This document shows, one piece after another, positions 1 to 19,140 of a stretch of 64,000 bases of DNA; the first letter of the stretch is position 1; each line of letters opens with the position of its first letter. Below the pieces are notes generated by a model. It had not been told where the DNA came from. It saw only the letters and a program-made list of their open reading frames with translations, and did no database searches. This DNA is from Octopus vulgaris (Eukaryota). Made by a program: the position numbers and the translations under genes. The DNA lies in contig OX597816.1 of NCBI GenBank assembly GCA_951406725.2, forward strand, positions 42,842,001 through 42,906,000, read 5' to 3'.

Positions 1-577
1 ATTCCGTCGCCGGTGGATGAAGAACCTAAGTCATCTTGTCGGCATTATAGAGAACACCATAGGTAAGATCGACGGATTTTCGAAAGTTAAAATTATAAAT
101 GCTTAAGTTGGCTATTCGCAATTTAGAACCGACAAACAACAAGTACAGTCTTCACTAGAGTGATGGAGGATGCTACTAAGCTCCAGCGTTACTAGAAATA
201 AGAGTCGAAACGTGTGAGTACTTTTTTAACGGCTGACAAGTGACTGTGTGTGTGAACGTAAAAATAAATAACATATATACGTTCGCATGACCTCTGATAA
301 GGGACACATATGTGTCCTTCGGTCTATTTGTGTACATGCATGTATGCAGGTATGAGTATTCTTATGTATATTCACCTGCTGTCTCCCACTGGGAAAACAT
401 ATAACTAAGAGAGAAATCCCTTTGACCAAGGCAGACACACATAAACACTTACACTGCGGTCCCAGCATGGCTGTAGACTAATGATTGGCGTAAAGTAAAA
501 GAAAATATAAACAATTAAAATATTTATGCGTGCTTATATTTGTGGTTGATGTTGGGTTTTTAGGTTTTGCGTGTTTG

Positions 578-634
<57 letters not shown>

Positions 635-641
635 CATATAT

Positions 642-836
642 ACGACGGGCTTCATTCTGTTTCTATCTACTAAATCCACTCACAACGCTTTGGTCGGTTC
701 GAGGCTATAGTAGAAGACGCTTGCCCAAGGTGACACGCAGTGGGACTGAAACCGGAACCATGTGGTTCATAAGCAAGCTACTTACCACACAGCCATTACT
801 ACGCCTATACTTACCACACACGAACTACTACGCCTA
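642..836 (-). mobile_element. tRNA-derived SINE family 1, 5' half
   Basis: Same sequence as the copies at 23641-24006, 52028-52434 and 58877-59248. Pol III A/B-box-like head with a 29-bp head duplication. Confidence 0.85.
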
Positions 837-1026
837 TATATATATATATAGATAAGAAAGTTGGTTTGTGAAAGCACGTGGGTGAATATATAAAAAATAG
901 TAAAGAGTGAAAAAACGACAGAAGGCTTAAATGTTAGAAAATATATATATTTGCGTCAATATGTCTGAAGAATATTAGAAAATTTTTTAAACAAATTTTT
1001 TTTCCTTTATAATGACATAATTTTTA

Positions 1027-1065
1027 AAGAAAGACCGGTTTCGCATTTAGCTTTTCAAATTTCTT
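1027..1065 (-). ncRNA. minimal type-I hammerhead ribozyme, U3-A8 core variant, in the PLE 3' region
   Basis: Reads AAGAAA-U-UUGAAAA-GC UAAAU GC-GAAA-CCGG-UC-UUUCUU. Stem I 6 bp with one extra U, stem II 2 bp, palindromic stem III, GUC site. Confidence 0.7.
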
Positions 1066-1196
1066 GTGACGTTATGTTTATGTTTAATAGAGTTATGCTT
1101 GTGTTTAAGCTCCGGAGAGTTCTAAATAAGGGAAGGTAGTGGGTGATTTCTTCCGGTGTAAGGGAGATAATCGCTTAAAATTTTTTTTCCTTTCCC

Positions 1197-3607
<2,411 letters not shown>

Positions 3608-3641
3608 AATATATATATTATATATATATATATATATATTA

Positions 3642-3688
<47 letters not shown>

Positions 3689-4578
3689 GTATATATTTAT
3701 ATATATATATATAAATGTATGTATGTGTCTGTGAATGAGTGCGTATATGTGTATATGTGACTATATGGCACAGTCGCATATCTTTTTAGCTATCATCAAA
3801 AATATTATTGAACTGAAGATGTTAATACATAAAACATTTATGTGTTGGACAGTAACCATTATATTTCCTTCGTCGCAACACTTACTGAATCCGACAGAAT
3901 CTCAGAAATATGCTCACACATAGAGACAGTCACAGAAGTAATCTTCAAATCTGAATACTTTATTTTGTATCAGAGCATCACCACCATCAACACACTTCAC
4001 TATGGAAGAACATTTTGCAATCTTTTGCTTGCACAAATATGTTTTCTCTAGTTGTCAACATGGATCTTAATTTTTATACGTTTAGTTTTTCCTATAAGAT
4101 TTTCTTTCCTAATTACTATTATTTTTTTCGCGTAAAGAATACAATAAGCAAATCCGATTAGGTGAAGATGAATTTTATGCGCAATTACACCATCACACAT
4201 ATTCACACGCAAAGAGACACTCTCAAACACATACACACCTACATACACTCATGCACACAAACAAAAAAAACACAGCCCACGAAGACACAAGCCCTCACGT
4301 GCGGAAACACCCACACATAATGATAAGGTTGTATTGATATTACCACATAAACCTTGGATCTGATGAGTCTTGGTAAATTTTTAACAGTTATAGATTGTCG
4401 AAAATGTGATGATACTTGGTGCACAAACGTCTCAGACATTTACCATGCTGCGTTCGTTGTGTGTATGTGTTATGCTTATTTCTCTCCCAGATACTTTGAC
4501 TCCCATAGTTGCTACATTTGCCACGCTTTCTATTTGATCTCTTTCAATCTTTCTGTCTCCATCTCTCCCTTCCCATCT

Positions 4579-4643
<65 letters not shown>

Positions 4644-5073
4644 GTATGTATGTATGTATGTATGTATGTATGTATGTATGTATGTATGTATGTATGTATG
4701 TATAAGCAGAAATTGGAGAACACAGATCAACACACAAACAAATTAACCAATGTTGGTTAATTATTTCACTGAGTGAGAGATTCCGGAAGTTTTATAAGTT
4801 ATTTATAAATTTAACCTTTAAAGGTCTTTTTTAATATGCTGGCCATTGATAATTTTTTTTCGAAAAGGTTTATCCTATATTAGATATAAATTTAATAGTG
4901 TTCACTTCCGGACTCTCTTACTCTGTGGAAGTTTCTAGTTCGAATCGCACGTGTCTCGAGATGTGCTGGAGATTTTCTATTTTGGATATATTTGGGGTAC
5001 TTAGGTCTGCTCATGACATAGTGCTTGCTTTTTCTATGGGTATGAGTAAGTATTTCATTTATGTCTTACGTGT

Positions 5074-5134
5074 TTATCGCTGACGAGGAGAAAATTCTTA
5101 TGAATTAACTCTGAAATTGGGACCAATACGGTAA
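5074..5134 (+). ncRNA. canonical type-I hammerhead ribozyme
   Basis: UUAUCG-CUGACGA-GGAG[aaAAUUCuuauGAAUUaa]CUCU-GAAA-UUGG GA CCAA-UA-CGGUAA. Stems I, II and III all pair; AUA triplet. Confidence 0.8.
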
Positions 5135-5269
5135 TAACGGAATTTTTTAGAAATTTCTGTCGGCTTGTTTCGAGGCGCATGTTAATAGTAATAAATTATA
5201 ATGGGTATTGACTATTTGTCTATTTTCGGCACATTTGGCATTAGAATGTTTTCCTACATGAGTCATGTA

Positions 5270-6535
5270 AGAAAGGAAAGATTAGGAACATTTTCTCGCC
5301 ACATGTTTCTATATGTTCGCTCAATGGAATCTAGCGAACATTAGTGTTCCGGATTTGTTGTCTGTGGACTCGTAAGCGTTCCAATAATGCATTCCCTGTC
5401 TCACCAATATACAGTTCCTCACAATTAGGTCATTTTAAGCAGTACATCAAATTTCTGCCTTTGCAGTTAATATTTGCATTTGTGAAAATCTGTCCATTTT
5501 TTGTTCTAATAAATCTACCAGTATGCATGTATTGACACGATCCAAATCTATTATCGTTATATTTGGTCGCTGTGAATGTCTTATGCTATCTATTGATGTT
5601 GAATTTTGCCTTTGTTAATAGTTCTTTTACGGTGGGCGGTTGCTTATCTGCTTAATACAAGTGCTTGATTAGTTATCTAAAAAAATTTTTAGTTATTTTT
5701 TTAAAAATTTCACTTTGTTTCTTGCTTGGCATATTTGTTTTGCTGATGTTGAAAACATTTTGGTTATGTGTATCTTGTGTATCTTGTACTTGAAATGGTA
5801 TTATGTTCCGTTGAACGGCTCGCTTTCCTCGTGTTGCCGTAAGTTGTTCTGTAGGTAACTCTTTTGCTCGTTGTATGCTTATTTTCTATAAGCAGGAGAG
5901 GGAATTTTTGCTTCAGCGGTAATCATTTGAGTTCTATATGTCGTATGTTCCTGTTATTTGGATCTTCTACTAGAGTACAATTTTTCCTGATTAGACAGTA
6001 CAGGATGTTGTGTCTTGTGTGAGGCATGATTTGAAATGTAGGTACTGGTGTGTATCAGTGCTTTTGTAATGAATATCAGTTGTAATTGTGGTGTTGTTTT
6101 TAATTATCATTATGTCAAGATATGGTAATTGCGTGTTTCTCATTGCTCTTGTGAATTTGAGACTAGAGTGTAGATTGTTGAGGAGGATGCTGAATTCTAC
6201 CAGATTTTCAAGGGATTTGGTCCAAATTAGGAAGCAATCCTCGAGGTATCTTTTCCATGAGTCCTCTATATGTTTCTAAAGGCCATACCGTAGTTTTCTT
6301 CAGTTTCTTTATATAGAGAGTTTGTTCCAAGTATCCCAATGCTGAGTTCGCAAAACCTAGAGCAAGTCGTGTCACCATAGCTGTCCCTCGAATTTGGAGG
6401 TAGTTCTTTTCGTTGAAAAGGAATGTATTGTTTTCGAGGATGAGGCTGACTGCGCTTAGTTTGAAGGTTACATAAAATCTCCTGAGGATCACTTCTCTGT
6501 GTTTCTCTACCCAATATTTTATGGTAATAATTAAC
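5270..6535 (-). pseudogene. degenerate PLE (RT C-terminal half + GIY-YIG)
   Basis: NYLQIRGTAM, RYLEDCFLIW, LPYLDIM, HYKSTDTHQYL, LMYCLK*PNCEELYIGETG, IPLSEHIETC. Contains stops and frameshifts. Confidence 0.88.
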
Positions 6536-6587
6536 AAACCATGCGGCGTTCATTTTGTTATTTTTAAATCTTTCAGAGAGGAAGTAA

Positions 6588-6626
<39 letters not shown>

Positions 6627-6884
6627 TGAATGAAACAGTGAGGGGTGACGGCGTTCGTTTTCTTTTTGGAAATGTTTATCACATCGCAAGAAAAGTAGAT
6701 ACATAGATCTAAAAAAGTGCATACATAGATATATACACACATTGTTAAATTAAAGTGGGAGAGAGGAGGAACACATAGGAAGTGAAAGAGAAAGTGAGAA
6801 CGACAGTAGATACATAGATGCAAGAAAGTTTGCTACACAGTAAATATTTGATGTCAACTTCACTTTTCATTACCACACGAGGAT

Positions 6885-7575
6885 AAAATTAACAAGCAAG
6901 TGACTGTGTACTCCACAGACATGCATATCATAAACGTAGTTCTCAAGGAGATTCAGCCTCACACAGAATACGACAAGGCTGACTCCTTTCAATTACAGCT
7001 ACAATTTATTTGGCTAGCTGACTGGACTGCAGTAAGATAAACTTTCAAATGACTGAAAGTAAATGAAAACAGATCCTACATAGGGGCAGGAAGATCATTT
7101 TAGTTGGCAGGGTCACTATGAGTGTTACTCGGACCTAACGACGACGTTTATGGGTCTCACAGATCTGAAGGCCAAGCCCCCAGATAAAAACCGATTCGCA
7201 GGCCATTGTTATCAAACTAAGCGTGAGTCGACGGCGAATACATAGCTGAACAGCAATTATTTCGTCTTAGCTTTCGGTTACGACTACGAGGTTTCTGTTT
7301 TACTGATCTAAGAACAGTCTGCTCGTAAATTTAACGCGCAAGTGAGTGAGTACTCCACAGACATACATGAGGAAGTTCTCGGGGAGATTCAGCCTCACAC
7401 AGTATGTGTTAAAGCTGGCCCCTTTGAATTACAGCTACAACTCACTTTTGCCAACAGAGTGGACTGCAGCAAGGCGAAGTAGAGTACCTTGCTTAAAAAT
7501 ACAGCTCGCCGCAAGGGATCGTACTCGTGACTTTACGATCGGAGGTCGAATACTCCTAACCACTGAGCCACACAC
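6885..7575 (-). mobile_element. two related tRNA-derived SINE copies (partial ~6885-7035; ~7315-7575)
   Basis: Shared block tactccacagaca...gattcagcctcacacag...aattacagctacaa. The second copy has a tRNA-like head (gtggctcagtggttagg). Confidence 0.65.
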
Positions 7576-7935
7576 CTTCACTCTCTTAACCGTAGAGGAA
7601 AGGAGTGAAACGATAGAGACAGAGAAAGGAAAGCCTCAGTCATTTACAGACACAATTAGACTGAAATACAATCAGTCGTTGCTAGCTTCTTTAATTTTAA
7701 CAATGAAGAAAGAAGAGCGAACGACATATAGTAATGAATAGAGGGGAAAATCTTTCAGGTGTTTAAATTTTTATTCTGGGAGTTCTTTCTCCCACTGCCG
7801 GTACCTATTTACCTTCTTTCACGATTTTTCATGTCTTTTAGTTGGGCGAGTTGGAAGGTCATGATCTTTTTTTTTTTTTTTTTGAGACACGTTTAACGTT
7901 TTCTCTACAGACTCCAAACAAACCCTCACCATCCC

Positions 7936-7989
<54 letters not shown>

Positions 7990-8002
7990 CACGACCACCA
8001 TT

Positions 8003-8238
8003 ACCTATTTCTTTACTACCCACAAGGGGCTAAACACAGAGGGGACAAACAAGGACAGACAAAGGTATTAAGTCAATTACATCGACCCCAGTACGCAACT
8101 GGTACTTAATTTATCGACCCCGAAATGATGAAAGGCAAAGTCGACCTCGGCAGAATTTGAACTCAGAACGTAACGGCAGACGAAATACAGTTACGCATTT
8201 CGCCCGACGTGCTAGCGATTCTGCCAGCTCACCGCCTT
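8003..8238 (-). mobile_element. tRNA-derived SINE family 2
   Basis: Matches the head ggcggtgagctggcagaatcg...gttctgagttcaaatt...ggggtcgataaattaagtacc seen at 14285, 44050 and 53800. Confidence 0.85.
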
Positions 8239-8427
8239 TATCGCCGCCCAATAATTGTGCCAGCACGACCACCATTACCACCATTGTTTGGATCATCAAA
8301 ATCGTGAGCTTCTTCGCTACCACGAACCTTTTAAGTTATCTGTATTATTTTTGTCTGCATTATTCAATACGGACATCTCTATCATTGCACCCCTGCTCTT
8401 TTAACATCCTATTCCACGCCGTGTCTA

Positions 8428-8460
<33 letters not shown>

Positions 8461-8604
8461 GATCATCGTCATCATCATTATTACATTGATTTCATCCTTC
8501 GATGTCGATAAATTAAGTACCAGTCAAGTACTGGAACCGATGTGATCGACCATGCCACTCTCATCAAATTCCAGGCCTTGTGCCTATAGTAGAAAAAAAA
8601 TTAA

Positions 8605-8644
<40 letters not shown>

Positions 8645-8668
8645 GTTATTATTATTATTATTATTATT

Positions 8669-9242
8669 CAGTGGTGTTATTTTTATCACGTTCTTTCACT
8701 TCACTACCGAGCGCAGCTCTGTGTGCCTTGGGCATGTGCTGTGGTTTGTTGTGATGCTCTTATATTTAATGTATTGAAAGTGTTTTATGTAGGATGTATG
8801 CGCTACCTAGTAGTGCTATTTTCTGTATATCATATATATCTGTTAGTCCTGGTGTTTTTGTTATGTATTTATCTAAATAGTTATTTTTTTATCATACCTG
8901 AAGTGCCTATTAGGATAAGAAATGTTTCTGCTTTTAGACTCCACATTCGAGTTATTTCTATTTCCAGGTCTTTGTATTTTGAAAGTTTCTCCATTTCTTT
9001 TAGAGAAACGTTGTCATCTGCTGGTATTGTTACATCTATAAGAAAGCATTCTTTTTTTCTTGATGATCTCTGACAACTATATCTGGCATATTGGCCTTAC
9101 TTTCTCCGTGTGTCCCAGAGCATGGTTGCTTTCAGATTTTCTGTGACCTTTTCTGGTGTGTACCTATATCATCTTTTTTCTGTTGTTATCCCATTGTGTT
9201 AGTATAGCTTCCCGTGTATGTAGGTCCAAATCCTGTCGTGTT

Positions 9243-9243
<1 letters not shown>
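8669..9243 (-). mobile_element. R4/Dong-like non-LTR retrotransposon 3' end (REL endonuclease), degenerate, inserted in (TAA)n
   Basis: HD..., MPDIVV...FLIDVTIP...EKLSKYKDL...QKIALLGSAYIL. 3' UTR ends in (TAA)n, and TAA repeats lie on both sides. Confidence 0.85.
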
Positions 9244-9303
<60 letters not shown>

Positions 9304-9579
9304 CATCATCATCATCATCATCATCACCACCATCATCATCATCACCATCATCATCACAATCGTCACTTTTATTTCGTCTCTCTCCGTCTGTTAATTTTCG
9401 AAGTTATCTAGTTTTCGAAAAGATACAAGTAATAGTTACAATTAGTTTATTTATACTAAAGATACTTTCTGTTTATATTGCTATACAATATATTTAAACG
9501 ATAAATGCTCATTTCTTTAGCCGTTGGTTTTTTTTTTTTTGTTTGTCTTTGTTATTCGCAGCCGCAATAACAATTTTTA

Positions 9580-9617
<38 letters not shown>

Positions 9618-9618
<1 letters not shown>

Positions 9619-10067
9619 TTTTTTTTTCTTCTTTCAAATTTGCTTCCATTTCTTGCCGAGTGTCTTCCCGACTCCTAGGGCAAAGAAACTCATAGTATAC
9701 ATTGGTAGGCCATTAAACCAAACTCAATAGTTCGTTCATTTTTTTTTTTTTTTTAAGTTAAATTAAAATACATGAGCAGCAACAGTTCTCACATCGACAA
9801 TGCTCTTCTCAATACGTGTGATGTACCAGTTAAGACAATCTTTTGCACTTCTTGCAGGGATGGTAAGCCAGGGATCATTCTCATATAATTTTCGGTTCCC
9901 TTCTTGATCATTCCTAGTGCTCCTACGATCACTGGTATTGTAACCGCCTTGAGATGCCACATTTTCTCAATTTCAATGAGTAGGTCTTTATATTTTCTGA
10001 GCTTGTCAAACTCTTTCGCTGAGATATTATGATCACAGGGGAAACTCATGTCGATCAATAAGCAAAC

Positions 10068-10070
<3 letters not shown>
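9618..10070 (-). mobile_element. R4/Dong-like LINE 3' end, second subfamily
   Basis: CLLIDMSFPCDHNISAKEFDKLRKYKDL...IPVIVGALG...QKIVLTGTSHVLRRALSM*, then 3' UTR and (TAA)n flanks. Confidence 0.87.
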
Positions 10071-10346
<276 letters not shown>

Positions 10347-10920
10347 GGTGGTGGTGGTGGTGGTGGTGGTGACGGTGGTCAATAGTATTAGTAGTAGTAG
10401 TAGACGAAGGAAGAGGAGGAATGGGTGTTGGTGGTGTTGATGGCGGTGGCAGGAAAAGTTGTAGGAGTGATGGTGGAAGGGGTCGATGATAGTAGCAGCT
10501 ATAGTAATAGTCGTAGTACTTGTAGCAGTAGTAGTAGTGGTAGCAGCAGCAGCAGTTGTTATTGTGTGAGAATATTAATTGATTTTATTTCGTTGTTGTG
10601 TTTTTTTTTTTTTTCATCTTTTAAGTTTTCATTAAAAGAAAACAGAAACAGAGAAAAACAAAAAAAAATTGACACGAAAAATTTTCTCTGAAGCAAAATA
10701 AGACATTAATGGTTTATATTTTTTCGGCAAGCAGTTATTGTTGCTCTTAGAGACATTGTTGATGCTGTTGCTGTTGTTATTGTTGTTGGTGTTGGTGGGG
10801 GTGGTGCTCGTGATAGCGGTGGTGGATTTGATGTTGACTATATTTTGTTTGACTTCATGACTTTATCATTGTTTTTCCTTTGCTGCTGCTCCTTTTACGG
10901 TTTTTTGTCTATTTATTTAT

Positions 10921-10984
<64 letters not shown>

Positions 10985-11894
10985 TATTATTACTATCATT
11001 ATTACTATTATTTTCAACTCATAATGATTTCCTCCGAGAGAGTAATTCTCATATTAATATATCAATACAACTTAGGTAGGTAAGTACGCTTTTTACTTTT
11101 GTTTCCTTTTATCCGTCTCCTTAATCATAAACACAAATATATTATGAAAATATAGTCGATCAGGGCTATGAAATCCTAGAACAACATCGATTTCAGTTCT
11201 AAAATCAATAAACAGAGCATAATAACTTTTCTTTTATTACACTCAACATCACTATCAACAGCGTAAAATATTTGAAAAAAAAAAGCAACATCACTGCATT
11301 AAGTACTATATATTAATGAATCTATTAGGAAAGACCCTATCACAAATACTTCTTCCTACTACTTGTTTAACCTATATTTGTAACAATGAATACTTCCAGT
11401 AATTGTTGTATTCACTTTTGTTGATATTCTGTAATTTAGAATAATAAAGAAATAACCCAATACATACAAAAAAAAGAAATGTTTTTTTTAAATAGTCGTT
11501 GGCAGGGATTAATCAATGGAAAACTAGGTCAGAAGGGTGTGACGAAAATCTAAAATAAGTATAATGGAATAAGACATATATAAAGAAGTACAGCTAATCA
11601 TATGTAATACATCTATCCACGTTTTACGCGGGGATTTGGTTACAAAATAAACATAGCGTTAAATGAATCAATGATAAACAGGTTTACTTGTTTATAAACA
11701 CAGTTTATACATAGATAAAAGAAGTAAAATAGCAATTTCCTTTACGAAACGTGTATACTTAATAACCAACTCTATGCGATTTTTGAACACATCATTTCTT
11801 GTGGATGTGCAGTTACGCCAAAAATATATTCCCAGCATCGTATTTTGAATAGTTTTTCGTTATGGATAGCAAAGGAGAGATAAACGTGTTAAGC

Positions 11895-12107
11895 ACTCTT
11901 TTACTTGTTTCAGCCATTTGACTGCGGTCATGTTGGAGCACGGCCTTTAGTCGAGCAAATCGAACCCAGGGTTTATTCTTTGTAAGCCTAGTACTTTTAC
12001 TATCACTCACATTTGCCGAACCGCTATGTGACGGGACATAAACACACCAGCATCGGTTGTCAAGCGATGTTGGGGAGACAAACATACACACATACATACA
12101 TACATGC

Positions 12108-12156
<49 letters not shown>

Positions 12157-12210
12157 CATATATATATACGACGGGCTTCTTTCAGTTTCTGTGTACCAAA
12201 TCCACTCTGC
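11895..12210 (-). mobile_element. SINE family 1, head truncated
   Basis: actcttttacttgtttcag...central TA/CA tract...acgacgggcttctttcag. Confidence 0.85.
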
Positions 12211-12323
12211 GAGTTCCAATTCTGCCGAGATATTGGGCACTGGGATCGATGGAATCGAATATACCCCTCCCAACAAAATTCAGGCTTTGTACCTGCTGTA
12301 GAAAAGATTTTTGTTATTGTTAA

Positions 12324-12406
<83 letters not shown>

Positions 12407-12409
12407 TGA

Positions 12410-12580
12410 AGTTAGCGAGCTGGCAGAATCGTGATTGCGCTGGGTGAAATGCTTAGCGGTATTTTGCCCTTCGCTACGTTCAAATTCCAGAGATTTTCTT
12501 TGCCTTTCATCTTTTCGGGGGTGAAAGGCAAATTAAGTTACCGGTGAAACTCTGCCTTTGTAGCAAAATTTGAAGCCATT
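12410..12580 (+). mobile_element. SINE family 2, degenerate
   Basis: gcgagctggcagaatcg...gaaatgcttagcggtattt. Confidence 0.7.
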
Positions 12581-13359
12581 ATTATAATTATTATGCTTAT
12601 TTTTGTTATGACATGTCTTTGTTTTTGTCTCCCACAACCGTTTGACAACCGGCATTGGATAGTTTATGTCCAAGTACGTAACCTTCGGGGCATAAGGGGC
12701 TGATGAAATATATGGCAGATTTAAAAGTAAATATTGCTTCGAATTGTTCGAATAAACACTCGAAGGTGTTGTTTCAGCATGGCCACAGTCCAGTGAGTGA
12801 AAGAATTGATAGCTAAACTATACCTGTCCTTTCTTTTGCACGTTGTATAACGTTTACAGAAATTATCTTTCCTACAATACTGATGCCCGATTATTATGTG
12901 TCGTGGTACATCATCTCTCGGTTCTATACTGCGCATGAGGTTTTCTTCACTGCCTTGTACGGTACCTATGTCAAGTTACAAAGAAAGAAAAAGGAAATGC
13001 CGTAGAGTACGAAAGTAAAGAGGAAGTGACCAAAATAATTTATTGTTCAGAGCAGTGAAGGAGCTTTAAAGGAATCTTTTAGATGATGGTCTTAAAGGAG
13101 GCAATGCAACTATATAATGCGACATATATCCTATGTTATCTTCTCACGCGATTTAGTCTCTATTTGCCAGTAGGCTCCTGCTTTCCTGCTCTCGATTCGA
13201 AATAAATGTTCATAAATGAAGAATTTGTCTTAACCGTATTTTGTATACGTATATTTCTCTTCAATTTCATATTGCTTCTTTTCTTTAGTAGAATTAGATA
13301 ATGTGTTCTTTTCTACAAACATTTACACATATCGTCAGATATATACATACATACATACA

Positions 13360-13390
<31 letters not shown>

Positions 13391-13542
13391 GCGGTGTATG
13401 TATTTTACGCTGCGCAGTTGCTGAAGGGGATGATTCGTGATGTCCGGTTAAGCAGGAGGAGAGCCGCAGCAGGCATAGAAACTACAGGCTCGAACCTAAG
13501 TGAATAACCTAATGCATGGGTAGTACTGACATTTTCCATGAC

Positions 13543-14110
13543 CAACGGTTGAAAATTGTGGACGCCCAAACTGTGGAACCTGCCCCAACCTTCTTGAAGG
13601 CTCGGATTTCCTTTTCAAACAAGGACAGAGGTTCACAATTAAAACTAGTTTCACCAGTGCCTCTGAGAACCTAATTTATGTAATAACCTGCTCGGGTTGC
13701 GGACACCAGTACATTGGACAAACGAGTATGACCTTGAGAAAGAGAATCACTCTACATAAGGAGCAAATCCGTTAACGCAATACAGACAAATTCCTCTCAG
13801 TGAACATATAGAAAAATGTGCAGAAAACATCAAACCAAATTTCACAGTCTTCCCTTTCTACCAGTGCAAAGACGCAATCTCTCAACTAGAACGTTTAAAT
13901 AAAGAAACTTTTTTCATTGAAAAATACAAAACAAGTTTTAATATGCACGTATAACCAACTTTTACGTTTTTCCATATTTCAATTCACGATTACATCACTG
14001 TACATAAATCCACTACTAAACAAGGTTTTTAAAACCTGTTTCTGTTCTATACACATATATAATCCCCAGCCATTACCGAAAGCTGAACAGTTATCTCCCT
14101 TACCTACAAC
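13543..14110 (+). pseudogene. PLE GIY-YIG/3' end relic closely related to the 853-3428 element
   Basis: CGRPNCGTCPNLLEGSDFLFKQGQRF...LIYVITCSGC..YIGQT...IPLSEHIEKC...RLNKETFFIEKYK. One stop/frameshift. Shares the UTR motif ttatctcccttac. Confidence 0.9.
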
Positions 14111-14119
14111 AATAACAAT

Positions 14120-14213
14120 ATTAATCTGAGGTTTACTCCGTTTTCAGATTATTTGTATATATATATATATATATATACAAATAATCTGAAAACGGAGAAA
14201 ACCGCAGATTAAT
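14120..14213. repeat. ~94-bp palindrome centred on a (TA)n tract
   Basis: attaatctgaggtttactccgttttcagattatttg / caaataatctgaaaacggagaaaaccgcagattaat. Confidence 0.9.
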
Positions 14214-14281
14214 ACACACATCTTTTGGACTACATTTAATACACAGCATGACATAACACATAGGGGACATAACAAATCTTT

Positions 14282-14485
14282 CAGCTGGTAGAATCGTTAG
14301 CATGCGGGATGAAATGCTTAGCGATATTTCGCCTGTTGCTACGCTCTGAGTTCAAATTCCGCCGAGGCCGACTTTCACATTCATCCTTTCGGGGTCGATT
14401 AATTAAGAACCAGATGAGTACTGCGGTCGATGTAATCGGCTTAACTCCTCCACAAAATTTCGGGCCTTGTGCATATAGTAGAAAT
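14282..14485 (+). mobile_element. SINE family 2
   Basis: agctggtagaatcgttagc...gagttcaaattccgccgagg... Confidence 0.85.
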
Positions 14486-14870
14486 ATTTGTATTTTACAG
14501 AGTGAATCAGGAGATATAAACCCAGACGCTTCATGTTGTTACATTTGTAGCTAGTCTGAAGAAACGATTAATAGATAATTTATTTATGAACTAGTAATAT
14601 AACGCATTATGCTGCTTGATAAAATCATTTGACTTAGAATTGAAACGATGGTCATATCATGTTTGTGTACATTTTTCTCTGCAATGAATGGACTCAACTC
14701 ATAATTTGTGTATTTCAACTGAACTACATTTTGTAAGGAATGCTAGGTGCATTAAGTAGGCACTATCTGGTGATTTTATTCTCCATACAATTCGATTGCC
14801 AAAATTTCGTGCCCGCCCGAAATGGTGAGAGATACACGCCTGGATTACCTAAATCCATATGTATATGAGA

Positions 14871-15070
14871 CCTCGTGAGCACCGCCAGCAATTTTTTTTC
14901 CTCTGTCTTCCCTTCCCGGGATCTTTCCTTCTCCTTTGTTTCCGACGAAGAGCTCCGCTCGAAACGTTAAGCCTTCCTTCTTCCCTTCTTTCCTGAGCGT
15001 CCAATAATACTTTATTTGTTCCACGTCCTTGCGTTGCTGTGTTTTTTGTGTTTTCTTGTTTGGATTAACT
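14871..15070 (+). mobile_element. HHR-bearing short element family A (PLE pLTR-like); HHR at 14938-14972
   Basis: GUUU-CCGACGAA-GAGC UCC GCUC-GAAAC-GUU-AAGC. Homologous to 63434 onward (minus strand). Ends at (TA)n. Confidence 0.75.
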
Positions 15071-15097
15071 GTATATATATGTATATATATATATATA

Positions 15098-15269
15098 GGG
15101 AGAATTCACGAAAAAAAAAAAACAAAGGACGAAGACAGATGGTGTAGAAAACAAACAGATGTATTAGTATAACCCTCAGGAATTGAAAAAGTCTATAATG
15201 TTTCGAGCCTACGCTCTTCCACAGAAAGGATCACAGAAAGAAACAAGGAAAGAAAAAAATGTGTGTAGT

Positions 15270-15280
<11 letters not shown>
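15098..15280 (-). mobile_element. HHR-like short element family B; motif at 15191-15230
   Basis: CUGUGGAA-GAGC GUAG GCUC-GAAAC-AUU. Homologous to three copies at 49.6-50.5 kb; TA flanks. Confidence 0.75.

Positions 15281-19140
<3,860 letters not shown>

Noticed and set aside
4349-4415. CTGATGA...GAAA motif
   Set aside because: No convincing stem II base, stem III or NUH site.
11700-11760. stem-GAAAC-GT-GTA motif; similar weak cases at ~14615-14655, ~36830-36905 and ~61185-61212
   Set aside because: The CUGANGA or GAAA half is too degraded to call.
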